DNA of 64,000 bases, from contig NW_024704743.1 of assembly GCF_018977255.1 (NCBI RefSeq), positions 21,764,001 through 21,828,000 on the forward strand. Reading direction: 5' to 3'. Below the pieces are notes generated by a model. That model was not told the DNA's origin. It made no database searches and saw only the letters and a program-made list of their open reading frames with translations. Position numbers and translations under genes: made by a program. Position 1 is the stretch's first letter. Each line of letters begins with the position of its first letter. Shown in pieces: positions 26,131-40,724 of this stretch. This DNA comes from Callorhinchus milii (lineage: Eukaryota).

Positions 26131-27589
26131 AGTCCTGACATTGCACCTGAACTCACTATCTTCTGGCCTGGAGACAAGAGTGCTTGTGACTAAGATAATT
26201 TTCTGGAAATTAAAAAAAAGGATGCAGGATTATTAGATGATAGATGAGATAGATAAGTCAGATAGACTAAATGGTCCGATGGGTTACCGCTGCCTGAAAC
26301 CGTACTATATTACTGTAATCTGTTTAAAGCATGGTAAGAACTTGCAATAACCATCTGAAATTATATTCCTGCAGTGCTAATAAGGTCTGCCAACCAAAAA
26401 AAGCAATTTGGAACACCAGCTGGTTTTGAATCACAAGCAGCAAAACCTGAGCCTCTCCCTCAGAACGCTGATGAGGCTTTGCTAGATTGCTAAAGAAATG
26501 TTGGACGAAACCTGTTTGAAAAGAAGGAGTTGAGATATCTACTAATTAGCTTCAATAAACCATTCAATAAGCCTGATACATGAGGTGGCGGGACTTAAGA
26601 GAAAGTCCTAAATAAATCTGCTAGTAGATTGATGACACAGAACCAAAAATAAAGATATGAGAAGACTGTCCTGATTGTTATCAGTGCCACGTGAAGGGCC
26701 GTATTTAAAATATAAATCATTGTTGTTGTTGCTATTCTCATATTCATCTTGAATTTGAAAGTACCCAAGATCTTGAGCAGCATCGAGAGAAGAGACAGAC
26801 AGTACTTCCAACAACAAAGCATTCCCCAGGCATTATATTGGAGTGTCAGCCTCGACTGTGAGCTCAAAGTCCCAAAGAACTCACAACCTTCTGTCTCAGA
26901 GATGTGAGTGCTACTAACTGAGCCAGGCTGACACCTGCCCAGACTCTCAGTCTTTCTATCTAATAGTTCGAGAAATGAACTGCAGTAAAATATCTGCCAT
27001 CAAGAAGATACTTGAGTCTGAGGACTGACTTGCATCAAAAACCTTTGGATAACAAACCATTGCACTAACTGCTCTAGTCCCAATGGTTGAGTCTGAAGCT
27101 GACCCATGCAGCGTACCATTGAACTGTTAATTTGCAGTGTCACTAAGAATGACATTGGCTTTAATCAGATATTGTTTGCATAGTAAAGCTGGTACCTCAG
27201 TAACTGTTATCGCAATGCTGAAATCCTGAGCAAGCTTCGGGCCTCACCATCGATTTGGAGTTGGAGATGGGGGCAAATCCCACATGTAGACGAGTCAATG
27301 TTTTTAGTTGTCGAGAACGAGGAATTTTCCACCATGGTGAAATAAACTTTACTTTAAAGGTCGATAAAATGAGGCCTTGCATCAATTTTTTTATAATCTC
27401 CCTCTTGCAGGGGCAATTGTTACCAAACAACAGAAGTAATCTTTCACTATCTACCCATGTTTATTAGATCTCTTCTTAACCTTCTCTGGGTATTCATTAA
27501 TGTTTTATCCTCATACCTTTAACTCTTCGTCCCTGGTATCTATGAACCGATGCTGCTGTCTGAATAGCTCCTATTTCCTTTCTCTCAGG

Positions 27590-27812
27590 TGCCCAGCCCT
27601 TACTGTCCTGACTCATTAACGTTTAGCTCTCACCACCTAATACTCTCCAGAATTAGTTAAGCAGGGCACATCTAGCCATCTAGCATGGCATTCCAGATAG
27701 AGAAATTTCCATGTGTTGCGTTATACATATGTGGAACTCTCAGTCTGGTTTGGATACTCTTAAGCACAATGATGGGTTTCTGCATGTGTCAGACAACCAG
27801 CTGACCCAGAAA
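27590..27812 (+). repeat. Family X repeat, 3' part
   Basis: catatgtggaactctcagtctggtttggatactcttaagcac...cagctgacc. Confidence 0.7.
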
Positions 27813-28384
27813 ACAACAAAAGTAGCATTCGACTTCTATCAAATGAGAAATAATAACATTTACAGCACAGTATCTGACAGTATACCTTTGAAGTTTGTGA
27901 ATGTGTTTCTCGCTCTGTTTGTATGTTTGCCTCTAATTCTGTTTTGTTTGGTTACAAATAAAAATATTTTTCAAAAAGAAAATTATGACGGAATCTCTTC
28001 TCCGACACATTAATATTCTATCATACACCTTTATAAACAATTATAACTTGTTATCTGTATAACAGAGGGCTTGAAAACTGCATGATATTATGAAATATTA
28101 TTATTGTCCTACAAAATATACAGTCAATTCACTTTATAGTATATTCTGTGAAGCGGTTTGCGAGGTCTCGAAGACGTGATGAGGAGCTATATCTAATGCA
28201 AGGATTATTATTATTATCATCATAGAGATTAGCATGAATGAGACTCAGTAAGTACCCAATAAAATAAAGGTTGTGAGCCAACTTTTACAATCACCTTTTC
28301 TATATCATAACTGTACGTTAGACCTTCATATAATTTGTCAGCGTTTCTATCAATAAATGAAACCTTGAATGGAAATTGGTCAGT

Positions 28385-28755
28385 TTGGCCCAGTTAGTAG
28401 CTCTCTCACCTGAGTCAGAAAGGTGTGGGTACAAGCCCCATGTCGGGATTCATATCCTCTAGTCTGACACTCCAGTGCAGCATGAAGGTATGCTGCATTG
28501 AGGGAGGTGTCATACTTTGGATGAAACAGTAAACCAGGGCCCCATCAAGTGTCCATTAAAGATCCCGTGGCACTATTCCAATAAAGAATAGAGTTTCTCC
28601 TGATGTCTTGGGCAACAATCCCTTATATAAAAATTGGTCAATCACTTCATGGCTCTTTGTTGAACACTGCTGTGTGCAATTTGGCTGCCATGTTTTCACA
28701 CAACATACACAGTCAAACCACTTTATAGTAAATCCTGTGAAGTGCTTTGAGATGA
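28385..28755 (+). mobile_element. DeuSINE
   Basis: ctgagtcagaaaggtgtgggt head; aaagatcccgtggcactatt core. Confidence 0.7.
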
Positions 28756-29842
28756 CTGATTATCACCTGATTATCTTGGTTTATATTCTTTTCCAAATCA
28801 AAATTTACCCCGAATCGTCTGTTCACTTCATTGTTATATGTGAGACGTTGCTGGCACAGATTGGCTGCCACCTTTGCCTACGTAACAACATTCACTTCAT
28901 TTCTAATCAATTATATTTTGAAAGTGCCTGGAGACATTTCCTTTTATATGAAAAGTGCCATACAGAGGTATTATTATATAAAGTAACCTGTTTGATAGGT
29001 ATGTGTACTGAATTACACAACACTTTGAGTTGCATCCCATTGTATTGAGCTTCAGTATATCGTGGGTTGATATTTTAGACCATGGATCTGTAGTATATTG
29101 AATGTACGGTACACTTCCAGCTTCTGATGATGACTGGCTGGCGTCCTGCACACAATGGACAAGTGTAGAAGGTCCCCAGTTTTAGCAGCATCCAAGCTCT
29201 CTAAGATGCTATGTAAATGCAACATGTTGTTGTTGAAAATATTTGTGAAAGTGGTTGCATGCACACAGCATGGTTTGTATGATATGATTGATGACCTGCC
29301 GTGACGGAAGTCTTAACCGACTCTATATAGTTCTATATAAAAAAGCTCAATATAACAGCAACAACTACTTACATTTGTATAGCCCTTTCACGTCGGGAGG
29401 ACAATATGATGCAGTGCCTCAATTTATGGAGCTAAATCATTGCGTGAAAATCAGATTTGACTGTATAATATAACATGAATGAATCGTTTTTCTAGTTCTG
29501 TAATGGCAGAAACCTGGCGCAATGCAGTCTCTGTTTTAAACAAAAACTGTTGCTATGGTAACACCTTTTACCTGGACCCTCATAATATGTACAGAAAACT
29601 TCTGCAACAGCTCAAAAATTTTGGGATTCGTGGTGAAATTTTTTCTCCAGTCAAAAATTCACATTCTACTTACTAATATTTATCGATATGTTACTGCTGC
29701 AGAAACAAGTGAGCATTTCTTCTTTTAGCTCAATTTTTCAATAATAACATCAAATAGACTTGCACAATTGCAATGTATTGTAAATGTTCTCTCTTCTCAG
29801 TGAAATGTCATACTCAGGTAACTCCATGAAATGAAAGCAATC

Positions 29843-30192
29843 TAATAATAATAATAATAATACTTCGAGACATCTCAAAAGCGCTTCATAGTATATACTG
29901 TGAAGTGAATTGACTGTATAGTTTGTGGGCGAAATGTGGCAGCCAATTGTGCACAGCAGTGTCCCACAAACAGACGTGGATTCAAATTATTATTTTATTG
30001 TTTTTTTTGAGGGATTATTCCTCCCGGAAAAGCGATCTGGCAATCAACTAACAACTGGGTTCCTACTCACTGCTAGATAAACAGGCGTGTGGAGTAAGGA
30101 AACTTGCCTAATGGTTCACCCTGTCCAGGAATGGATCCCTGGTTTTCTTGCTTGGGAGGCGAGTGCTATGACCACTGACCTGCAGGACTCCA
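29843..30192 (-). mobile_element. tRNA SINE family A
   Basis: (AAT)n tail at 29843; head ends ...accactgacctgcaggactcc. Confidence 0.8.
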
Positions 30193-31919
30193 CAATCTGG
30201 TGGAAAGGGCAAGAATGTCAATATAGCTCAATTTTTTAATGGAACTCTGCATTCAGCAGCAGAAAGCACAGGGCACTACGTTTGTTAAGACCTTTATACC
30301 CAGTGGGACCAAAATTCTATCGGTGCAGCCGCAGAGTTGATAAGAGTTCAGCAACTCATGCCTTTTTTTTAAAACAGGTAAGACATTTTGGAGGATCTTT
30401 GGGGATTAAAAAATGCAGAAGCACCATCAAAATTGTAATGCTGCTCGACTAACAGCTTAGTTATGACCGACCCAGTGTAATTTTACTCGACAAATTTCAT
30501 CCCTTTAATCCACGCAAAGACAACCATACAATCTACGGCTATTACATTTGGCATTAACTTTCTCAAAGCTGATCTTAGAAGGGAAAAACAGGTCAATGTT
30601 GAAAGAACTTACAAGGTTCTTTTAAGTGTAGAACTTTTTTCTTTCCCCTCATATCCATAATTGTTTGACTCTACGAAACTAAACCTGCAGCTAAATCATA
30701 TGCCACTACCACTTATCCCTGCTGTGTTCAGACAGCAATAGACTTGTTTGAATGGCTCATCCCCTGGAGCAATCAACCTTTTTTTTCCACACCGTATAGG
30801 AACTCAACTGCATGAGTGATAAACAGGCTACAAACAGTTTCTCTTGTTAGCTTCATTTAATTAGCTTGCAATATTGACAATGATACAGCTATGAAAGACC
30901 TTGAGAGGTAAGTGAGAGGTGAATGTGACTCAGAAATTACTTGAAAAGGTAGTTTTAAAAAAGGAGCCATTCTGAAAACAGCTTCTCAACACAATGTTCA
31001 AATCACTCTCTACTCACATTCTGCCATCAATGTGTGAGGATCGACACTGGATGCCTTAACCCAAATGCCTGGATCTGAAGAGTGAGTTTAGACTTTCCTT
31101 CAAAACATTTGGAATCATTTATAGCTAGAAGATGGAAAAATCACGATTCACGATACCTCCTACAATGCAGACCTAGAGTTTCAGTCTAAACTGAGTTCAA
31201 AGTCCAAACGTGGGGCTTAAACCCACAATCTTCCACAAGAGGTGAAAGTGCTATCAACTGAGCCAGGTATGTGCTCATGCTAGCTGGTTGAGGTGCTATT
31301 CTTGTGACCCCATTCTCCCCCATTCTCATTCTCTTTCTCTTTAAACCTTTGATTGGCGTTTGTTATACCCCATGAAAGGGGGATAGAGGCATTCACCTAC
31401 AAAATATAGGGTCACTTCAATTTCTAGTATATTCTGTGAAACACTTTGATATGCAAGGCACAATATCAAATGCTATTATTTTTAAAAGCACATGGCCAGG
31501 TAACATGCCAATTGTTTATAATGCATTGTATTGAAGGTAAATGATTGGGGCCTCTGTTATTTTCCACTAGATCCCACTGGAATGGTTCAAAAATAGGCCA
31601 CGATGGAGGCTGTGTTATCCCCTGTGGCGTACCTATTAATGAAAGGATGTGATTAATATTGAGTCTGCCTCCCTTTGTTTAACTCTTCCTTATACTCTTG
31701 AGTGTAATGCCTCAAAAGAGCATGTAGAATGATTCCTCTCAGTTCCAAATGAAACAGCTGAAAATAAATGAGTCCCTGGATTACCAATTACTGCAATGGA
31801 AATATAAAATGTCATTTTCCGCTTCCTAGCTGGAAAGTCTTCAAGGACTTCCCAACAGAACTGTACAACATTAATACTAGAATCAGCACTACTGACAGAC
31901 TCCTACACAGTACACTGAA

Positions 31920-32300
31920 ATGACACAGCACAGAAACAGGCCATTTGGCCCAACTAGTCCATGCCAGTGTTTATTTTCCACACGAGCCTCCACCCATCCT
32001 ATTCCACCGTCCTACACCCCTCTATTCCCTGTCTTCCTCATGCATACATCAAGGTTCCTCTTAAATAAGTTGATGCTATTTGCTTTCACCATCGCTTCCT
32101 GTAGTGAGTTCCACATTCTCATCACCTTCTATATTAAGAAATCCCCCCTAAACCCCTTTCAGATCTGCTGCTACCTTTCTTATATTTATGCCCCCTTCTT
32201 TCATATTCTTGATCATACACTTTCATAATCTTGAGAACAACTCAAACAGCTCCCCTCTCAATTGTCTCATCTCTAGATAGAATAGCATCAACCTGTCCAA
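31920..32300 (-). mobile_element. Decayed CR1 3' fragment
   Basis: acagcacagaaacaggccatttggccc...gagttccacattctcatcacc, a CR1-type 3' end in reverse. Confidence 0.55.
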
Positions 32301-35300
32301 TATTTCCTTATAGCACAAGAAATGCTAAACAAACAAAAGACCAAGGTCCATTTAGTTTGCCTTCCACCTTCCTGGTGGTCGCGTGCACATATGTCTCAAA
32401 CTACCCTGTGTACTACATCTCGTAATGTTATTTCCTAAAAGAAAAATAAGAACATCAGAAATGCAAGATGAAAAAAAGACACAAAAAAAACTTTGCGCAA
32501 TCCTCTGTGCTATTGAAGATACTGCAGAGTATTTCTGACGTCCAGATCAGGTATTGTTAATAATTAACAGACGTCTTAATCCTGAATTATGTATTAGGTC
32601 TGTTGTTCTCCTCATCTCCAAATGTTTTTTTTCCCCAAAATATTGTAGTTCACTAAGAATTGGTCGTTAGAGATGCATAAATTAGTTACATGAAGTCACT
32701 CATGAATATGAGTCACTGAAGCCTTGAAGCACAATAAACAAGAAAAGAGTTAAGCGGAAGAAACAAATTGCTCATCTGAACAAGTGGCAAGCTTATGAAA
32801 AAAATTCAGAAATTGAGATTTAGAAGAGCACAAGTATTAGAATAATGAGTAACATTGCAACAAAACACAATTGGTGTGAAACACCTTTCAGGGAAACATA
32901 CGGACTGAAATTCCACCTGGTCTTAGCCTACAAGACAACAACAACAAACAACAAATTACATTTGTAGAGCATGCTGAGCAGAGGGAGCGGACAATAAAAT
33001 ACCATTTATTGTTGAAGCATTGAAACAAGCCATATATAGGCATACACACAGGCCATCCAGTCTTCACTGGTGTTTTAATCCCACATGAGCCAACCTAATC
33101 CTACTCACCTGGTCGCTCTGATAAGATTTCTACTCTTCAAGAAGATTCACGAAGGAAGTTCCTCTTTTCTGGCCAACAAATCCCTCCAGATAATATTAGT
33201 CATTTACTGCAGGGTTGCTTTGTGTGACATTGCTATGTGCAAATTAGCTGCTGCAAGTTCACTCACAAATACACATTCAATACAATTTACGGTAAATTCT
33301 GTGAAGTGTTATGAGACGTTTAAAGACGTTTAATCAAAATTATTGTGATTATTTATCCAATTCTATTTTAACAGAATTCATGGACTCTGCTTTAGCAAAT
33401 ATTCTGGAATTCCACGATTCTCACCACTCTGCAAGAAGACATTTTTCTACTCTCCCCCCTTTAGTTCTTTTACCGAATATCCTACGCAGGGTAACATCCT
33501 CAAGCCTTAGCTCTCACCAATCTGTGTCTAATACTCTCTGGAATTAGGTAAGCAAGGTGCATCCCTCTAGGAAAAAAATTCACATTCCGTTCCATAAACT
33601 GAAACGTTTCCTAGTTTATATAACTTACATATGTCTGCTGGTCTGGACACACTTAAGCATTTCTGCAATAACGAAAAGTATTAAAAACAGAACTCTGGAT
33701 GTGATCACAACATCAGGTTTGCAAATGTTGAATTTTGGACCCCAATGTAACAGATCCTGCCTGTCATATTCTCAAAGATATCTGGAGGAATAAAATGAAA
33801 TCAAAGAAAGCACATGAGAATATTTGATCTATCATGTCCATACTAGTGCTAACTCTCATGCAGAAATGATCCTCTGTAATCCCCTACGGTTGAAATATTA
33901 TTTTTCTTCAAGTACAGTAAAGTGATGACTGTCTGCATTAATTGGGACAAGTCACGTTGCGATAAACAAACAGTACAGAAAATTAAACATCACGCAAAAT
34001 ACGAAAGGCGAAAGTGCTAAACCTGTTAGGAAGGACTGGAAAAGTATAGAAGTATTACAGAGATATTAAAGCACTGTCGCCCAGGCGCCTGAGCACAGTT
34101 AGGAGCTGAAGAAGGTTAGTGGGTAAGGGAAAGATGACCGAAAGTACGATCAAAGTACAGTCTTGAAAGTACAATCCCAATAATTAATGCCAATAAAAAG
34201 CCCCAATTTTTCACATTCTTCCACAAGACTAAAATCTCCCACCCCCGGCATTATCCTAGTCAATGTCGACTGCACACTCTCATGACTCTGCTAATATTTT
34301 AGCCATTTTGGTTCTGTAAATCCATAATGGGAATTTGACACCATAGTGAATGAACTCCATATTCAAGAATTCTAAATCAAAATACATCTAAGCCCATGTT
34401 ACTGAATTGTGCACATCGATTAGAGGCAACTTTAAGTATTTTGCTCCACTTCTACCTTCTGGAGCTCATTTCATTGCTGTATGAAAGTAAAAAGCATAAT
34501 ATACTGATGAAATTGCCACAAAATGTAATCTGTGTTGCAATTGAAATTATTCCATCCTGTAGGATGTTCTCTGATAGAACCAACTGGCGCAAACACAGGA
34601 GACAAAACAATAGCAGCACAAGGGATAAAATGTCTGGAGGGTAAAGCTAATCCTTTCCTGGCCCACTTTCGAAAATGTTTAAAGTTACTTTCACACCAGT
34701 GTGGAGTGGGTTTAACATGCACTAAACATATATTGCAGATTTGCAAAAGGCACTTGCATCGAAAGAGCTTTACTACAGGCCGCTGGATTTGAACCATAGG
34801 TAGGCTCTCGTGTTGTTAAGTGGTCCAATATAGTGGTGAAAACTTATAATGAACTTCCAGTTTGTTGCAGCCATAAGCCATGTTACAGTGGAGAAATCAA
34901 GTAATGTTATCCATTTTGTAAGTAATGCACTTTGTTTTTCAGTGCTTCTCATTCCAAAACACAGAAGTATAGCGTGCAGTGTGCCAATTATTGAGTATTC
35001 CTGTCTTGCTAAAGTGTCATTATCTTTTTTGTTAAGCTTCATGGAAAGATAAAATCTTAAACGATCACTGTCTTCATCACTTTCACTAGAGAAAACAGCT
35101 GAGCATCAGATTTGATCATTATGATACTGAATTAAGTGTCTCTCTCGCTTTTTTTTGTATAGCATTTCAATGATAATTACATCATTGCACTATTATATGC
35201 AAACGTCAATGTCTCTGGATGTAGGAACTGTAACCTAATTACATGTTTTCAATAACTCAGTGTTTTGGCACTCTAAATCAATAACATAGAGCTTTCAATG

Positions 35301-35536
35301 CATATATTTCAATAATTGTTTTTACTAATAATTACAGTTATTTAATTAATATTTTGGACTGTTAGTTGTATTACAAAAGCATAGGAATTGAATTAGAAAA
35401 GCAGACCTAAATGGACTGTAAGTGGGAGAAAGGGGGAAAGGTACTTGAGAAGATCATATTCTGTGTGTTTCTTCATAAGTCAGTCAGACTGATATAGTCA
35501 GTGGAGATGTCCATTAACTGGAGATGTCAGTTTTTG

Positions 35537-35960
35537 TGTGTCAGCCTGGCTCATTTGGTAGCACACTTGCCTTTGAGTCAGAACTTTGTGACTTCAAGCC
35601 CAACACCAGGACTTTAAACTCATATAATCTACACAAACCAGTTGCAGTGCTGGAGTTCCGTTACATTGTCTGGGATGATGTCCTTTGGTTGGGAGTTAAA
35701 CCGAGATATCTTCTGCCTGTTCAGGTGAATAGTAAATTTACCAAGAGAAAGGACTTTCTCCCAAAATCCTGGCCGTTAATCCCTCAAATAAAATTGGTCA
35801 TTCACTTCATGGCTGTATATTGAATAATTCTGCGTGCAAATTGGCTGCCACATTCGCCTACAAAATATACTCAGTACATTTTGCAGTACATCCTATGAAG
35901 CACTTTGAGACATCCTCCTAGCGTGAAAGGCTCTATATTAAATGTATAGATTATTATTGA
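35537..35960 (+). mobile_element. DeuSINE, full length
   Basis: gtgtcagcctggctcatttggtagcacac...ttaaaccgag...gtgaaaggctctatattaaatg. Confidence 0.75.
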
Positions 35961-36334
35961 TATTTATTTCATGAAGGTCACAGTGAGATGAGGGAATCAG
36001 GCACAAAGGAAAACCAATAAAACACCCTGAATATTGAGAGGGAAAATGATGAATACTTAAAAAAATGTTATTTACAATCTGATTTGCGGTGACAAAATAA
36101 TGTTTGCAAACTGTCTGTCATTCAATGCACATTAATGCACATTTCATCATTTACTTTTAACACATTTCGAAATAACACTATAATATGCACTGCTGTTACT
36201 TCAGTTCAGATATGCTAAAGCAAAGCTATTTTTAATAGTGACTCATCAGCCATCTGAAAACCATGACTGGGACAATGAAAAATAAAGCTACTTTGGCAAA
36301 TTACTGAAAACAGATTAGCAGATACGTATGTGTG

Positions 36335-36710
36335 GGAGTTGTGGTGTCCCGTAACATCGTGTTATTGTGCTTGCCTTGCAAGCAAGAGGACCCAGGTCCG
36401 ATTCCCGGCCGGGGCAAAACCTGAGGCAAATTTCCTTACTCTACACATCTCCATTTGCCTAGTGGTAAGTAGGAACCTGGGTGTTAGTTGATTGGCAGAT
36501 AGCTTTCCCAGGGTAATAATCCCTCAAAAAAATATATAATTTGGTCACTCAATCCACGACTGTTTGAGGGACACTGCTGAGCGCAATTGGCTGCCGTATT
36601 TTTCCCACAAATACACAGTCACTCCACTTTACAATATGTTCTGTGAAGCCAATGAGACGTCTCAATGATGTGATAAGGCGCTATATCAAATGCAAGGATT
36701 ATTATTATTA
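36335..36710 (+). mobile_element. tRNA SINE family A
   Basis: gagaggacccaggtccgattccc head; aaatgcaaggattattattatta tail. Confidence 0.8.
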
Positions 36711-36805
36711 CACAAAAGCATAGAAGGTCTAATTTACAAACAATGTGCAAATGAACTTAATGGTATTTATCTCAAAATCTGATAGGGGTGAATATTATTC
36801 TACAG

Positions 36806-37955
36806 CAGGTGGGTTCAACCTTTTGGCAGCCAAGGGCCAGATTCCCTATTTGGAAAAGGTCTGTGGGCTGCATAAGCAATATTTTGTGCTTCCCTTCCAG
36901 AAACATAACATGTACACAGCACCTTTTTCGTGTTGGAAGGACATCCTGATACTGTCACCTGGGCACCTGAGCTGGGGTTGGGAGCTGAGAGAGGTGGAAT
37001 GGGGAGGGGAACAGATGACCGAAAGCGTGGTCAAAGAGTTAGGGCTTTATGTTCCTTGAAAGAGGAAAGGGAGGGAGCGAGTCGGAGGAATCGAATGGAA
37101 CTCCAGAGAGCGGGGGCAAAATGGCGATGGTGGGGCAGATGAGGTGGGGGGGGGGTGGGGGGGGACATGAAGCAAACTGGTGTTTGCTCTGCAAAGGGAA
37201 TGATCGGGTTGGGAGTTTGCAAACATAGGGTGGGGAGGGAGGTAGAATTGAGGATGTAGAGAAATTTTTCACTGGGGAAAGAGGGAGCTTTCTGTGAAGA
37301 AACTGCACATCACGTCATTCGGTGCCATCCTTGGTTCTCCTGCGCCCCCCCCCCACTCCCACCGCGGTGGCCGAAGGAAGCTCTGATCGTCTTTCCTGAC
37401 AGTGAACCATGAATTGTTGCCCTCACTTCTCCTTTCTCTCTCTGTTCTCATTTTCTGTTTATGTCTCTCGCCATCACTCTCATAATCTCTTTCTCTCACA
37501 ATTGCACTCTCTCTACCCCTTCTCCCTCTCGCACCCACACTCTCTCTCTCAATTACTCTCTCTCACTCCTTTTCTCACATCGTCTCTTTCCTCTCACACT
37601 CCATCTACCCCACCCCTCTCAATCACTCTTTCCCCCTTTCCCCCTCCATCTCCCGCACACTCTTTCCCTCTCTCAATTACTCTCTTTCACGGCCCCTCTC
37701 CCTCTCCCTAGCCCCTCCCAATCCCTCTCTCTCCCAATCAGCCACACAGCAATGACTATCTGCAGGGGTAGGAGCCGGTGGATGCTAAGGCCTTTATGAC
37801 AGACTGCAGTAATGGCCGGCATTATTTTCACTTTATGCTGCGCTGCCATGAGAGGACGAAGGGAGCGGAAGTCAGAATGTTGGAAATGGTCTCGGGTTGG
37901 ATAAAATCACCCACCGGGCCGGATGTGGCCCACGGGCCGCCAGTTGGACACGCTG
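36806..37955. mobile_element. Non-autonomous hAT (Charlie-like) DNA transposon
   Basis: Perfect 8-bp TSD ttctacag (36798-36805 and 37956-37963); imperfect TIRs caggtgggttcaac / gttggacacgctg; subterminal gggccggatgtggcccacgggcc motif. Confidence 0.8.
37430..37740. repeat. CT-rich low-complexity tract inside the hAT element
   Basis: Recurrent ctctctcaattactctc-like units. Confidence 0.8.
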
Positions 37956-40354
37956 TTCTACAGGGATGTTCAAGCTGGTTTTTTGCTTGATGATCTGATA
38001 AGATGTTTTAAACTTAAATTAAACATATTCTGCTATGGGTTATTACCTCTAACATGCAAATCAATCCTAGATGGTGAAAATAATGTTTCACCACCCTTAG
38101 TGTTCCTATAGTAAGGATTAATTTTAAGAAAATAATAATCATCCTCGTGAATCTCTATTGTGCCCTTTCCAAAATAGTGATGTGCTTTCTATAACGGTGC
38201 CTAAAGCTAGATTAAGTTTGTACCATTCCCTATATATTCAAGAAATCTGGCAAAAAATAGCATATTTCAAGAGTGCGTCACAATAGAATCATATAATACC
38301 ACAGGACATTAATAGCCCATAAGGCCCATTATATCTGCACTGGTGTTTTTCTCCTAATGAGGCACTAGTCTAATTCCACTCTCCTGCTCATTTTAGAAAG
38401 GTCAAAGATATGTCAAATGTATCACAACCCTCACATTACTTGAAGATAAAAGCTATGGAGCATAATCCCCCTCACCCCACCTTCCATTCTAAATCAAAAG
38501 GGATGGGTTGAAATAACTAAACCAATTTGTTCCCCCTCCCCCCCATTCATGATGGATATAATCTGATTTAATTGATCCCAACTACTCTGCTTATTTGTAT
38601 TACATTATAATTTACATTTATATAAATCCTTTCATGTCGGTAAGGCATCTCAAAATGCTTCACACATTATGATCTAGCTCCCCTAACAACTATTCCCTGT
38701 TTTCTTCTCTTCAGGTAATTTCAAATCCATGGTAACAATACAACAAATTGCATTTATACATCACCTTTCAAGTCGGGAGGAGGTCCAAGGCACTGATATC
38801 CCTGTCTTACCTTTGATACCCAGAGTCATCAGTTTGTGAAGGAGTTTTTCATGTGCTACTTTGTCTCATGTCTACTGGCAGTTTAAGTACACTGCATCAT
38901 ATGGCTTCACAAAGTAAATTTGGGATGCCACCTAATCAAAGACAAAATCTACCCTTTTTGAAGCTGTGGTTTTCAGTTAATAGCTTTTTTTCCACAAGAA
39001 CAGAGTTTTGAGCTATTAGCAATGATTAGACAAGCTAGGTCCTTCCGTCTTGAAAGAAGACAACTCAGAAAGATATCCCAGGACGCTGGACAATCAGCGG
39101 TTTTGGACCCAAGCTGAGAGTTGGGGTCAGGAGGGATGGAGGGTAAGGGTGGGGGCTGGGTGGGGGGAGGGTGGTGGTTAATGCTGTAATGGCAGGATGT
39201 TCTGGAGGGATGAGATCAGATGGGCCGAATAGCCCTCTTCATCCAAACCAATCTTGTAATTTTGTGAAGTGGGAGAATGGAAATGGAGCCAGTAGAGATT
39301 AACCTTCACAACTACAGTTATATTAATTCTGCTTGTGTTGCACTTGTGTAGTATTCTGAACAAGAATTGGTCAAGAAGATAAGTCACATAAGACTGAACA
39401 TTTGACAAGGAAACAATAAAACAGACATGAAGCCCATCTCTCTGCTCCACAAATATATCTGGAATGAGAAAGAGATCTCGTCCTTTTCAAAGACCAATAA
39501 ATGTACCAGCAAATTACTGGAACGAGTGTGTCTTACTGAAAATGAGTACGATATGATAGCTCTGATGTTCAGACAAGTCACAGAACTGGTCGGTCTCCAG
39601 CAAGTAATTGCAGTGATGTGCACAGGATTTTTACCCTGCAAGACCCATCATTTATTTATAGTCAACTGTTGACTAGACATTTGCATCAGGGTTAGAAGAT
39701 TCAAAGGAGCTAGCTATGGATTTGAGAATGCCATTGAGGTTGTCAATAATTTCAGTATATCTTTATCCACTTGCGTACAGCAATACACTCCTAAAATGAA
39801 CTGGACTGACAGCAATATCACTTCCTAGTGCAGACCTGATGCTGGGAAGGACACTTGATCTTTATTTTGCTGAATTACCCCGACTCCAAAACTCTTCACA
39901 CTTTAATGATTTTTTAATTACTCGTTGTTGGTTTTAATTAATTAGTGATCCAGCTTCATAAGCTACATTTGCATAATGAAGCAACAATCAGTATTAATCC
40001 AAATTAATATGAATTCTTCCCTCATTGTCACTACTCTGGAGTAAAACACTGCAGCATGGTTGGGACCATAACAAAACAACAGCAACAACAACTTGCATTT
40101 GTTTTGTGTCCTTCACGCAGGATAAGGGGCTCGGAGTGCTGAGTGCTATTCTCATACATTGCAGTTTGCCTTGACCTCCAAATTATTGCACAAGGACAGA
40201 ATGGAATTACAAATAAAACAAGTAAATGAAATTGCATGACCATATTTCCTAAAAATACAAGTTGTTTTTACTGTGTTGGAATATTGATAATCCAAATGAT
40301 GATACTTTTGTGGGAAGTAAACAGATGCAAACACTTCATTCTTTGGCTACAGTT

Positions 40355-40614
40355 AACAACAACAACAACAACAAGATTCCATTTATAGAGCGCCTTTCAC
40401 GTCGGGAGGACGTCCCAAGGCGCTGTACAGTTGGGTCAGGACCCGAGCAGGGGGGAAATGGTCAGGGTGAGGGGAGGGAAGGGAGGGAGCGAGGAGGGAT
40501 AGAGAGTCGAGAGGGGAGCTGAAGGCACGGTCAAAGAGAAAGGTCTTGAGACCTGCCTTGAAGGAGGAAAGGGAGGAAGCAAGGCTAAGGCACTGGGGGA
40601 TAGAGTTCCAGAGT
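40355..40614 (-). mobile_element. Young L2 3' end
   Basis: (CAA)n-gattccatttatagagcgcctttcacgtc, as at 18882. Confidence 0.92.
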
Positions 40615-40724
40615 CAACACAGGTTCATTGTGTAGGAAGATAAATAATAATAATCCTTGCATTTGCAATGGCACCTTTTCATGTTGTTCAACATCTCACA
40701 GTGCTTTACAGGATTTTATTGTAC

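Noticed and set aside
26460..26515. ctgatgag...gaaa hammerhead-like string
   Set aside because: I could not build convincing stems I and III.
34563..34640. Possible plus-strand micro-exon
   Set aside because: No partner exons or recognisable protein; could be chance.
39304..39458. Exon-like minus-strand segment (ctctttctcattccag...gttaat), open as IFVEQRDGLHVCFIV...
   Set aside because: No recognisable GPR158 homology, a weak donor, and its open frame is out of phase with the phase-0 end of the 63742 exon.
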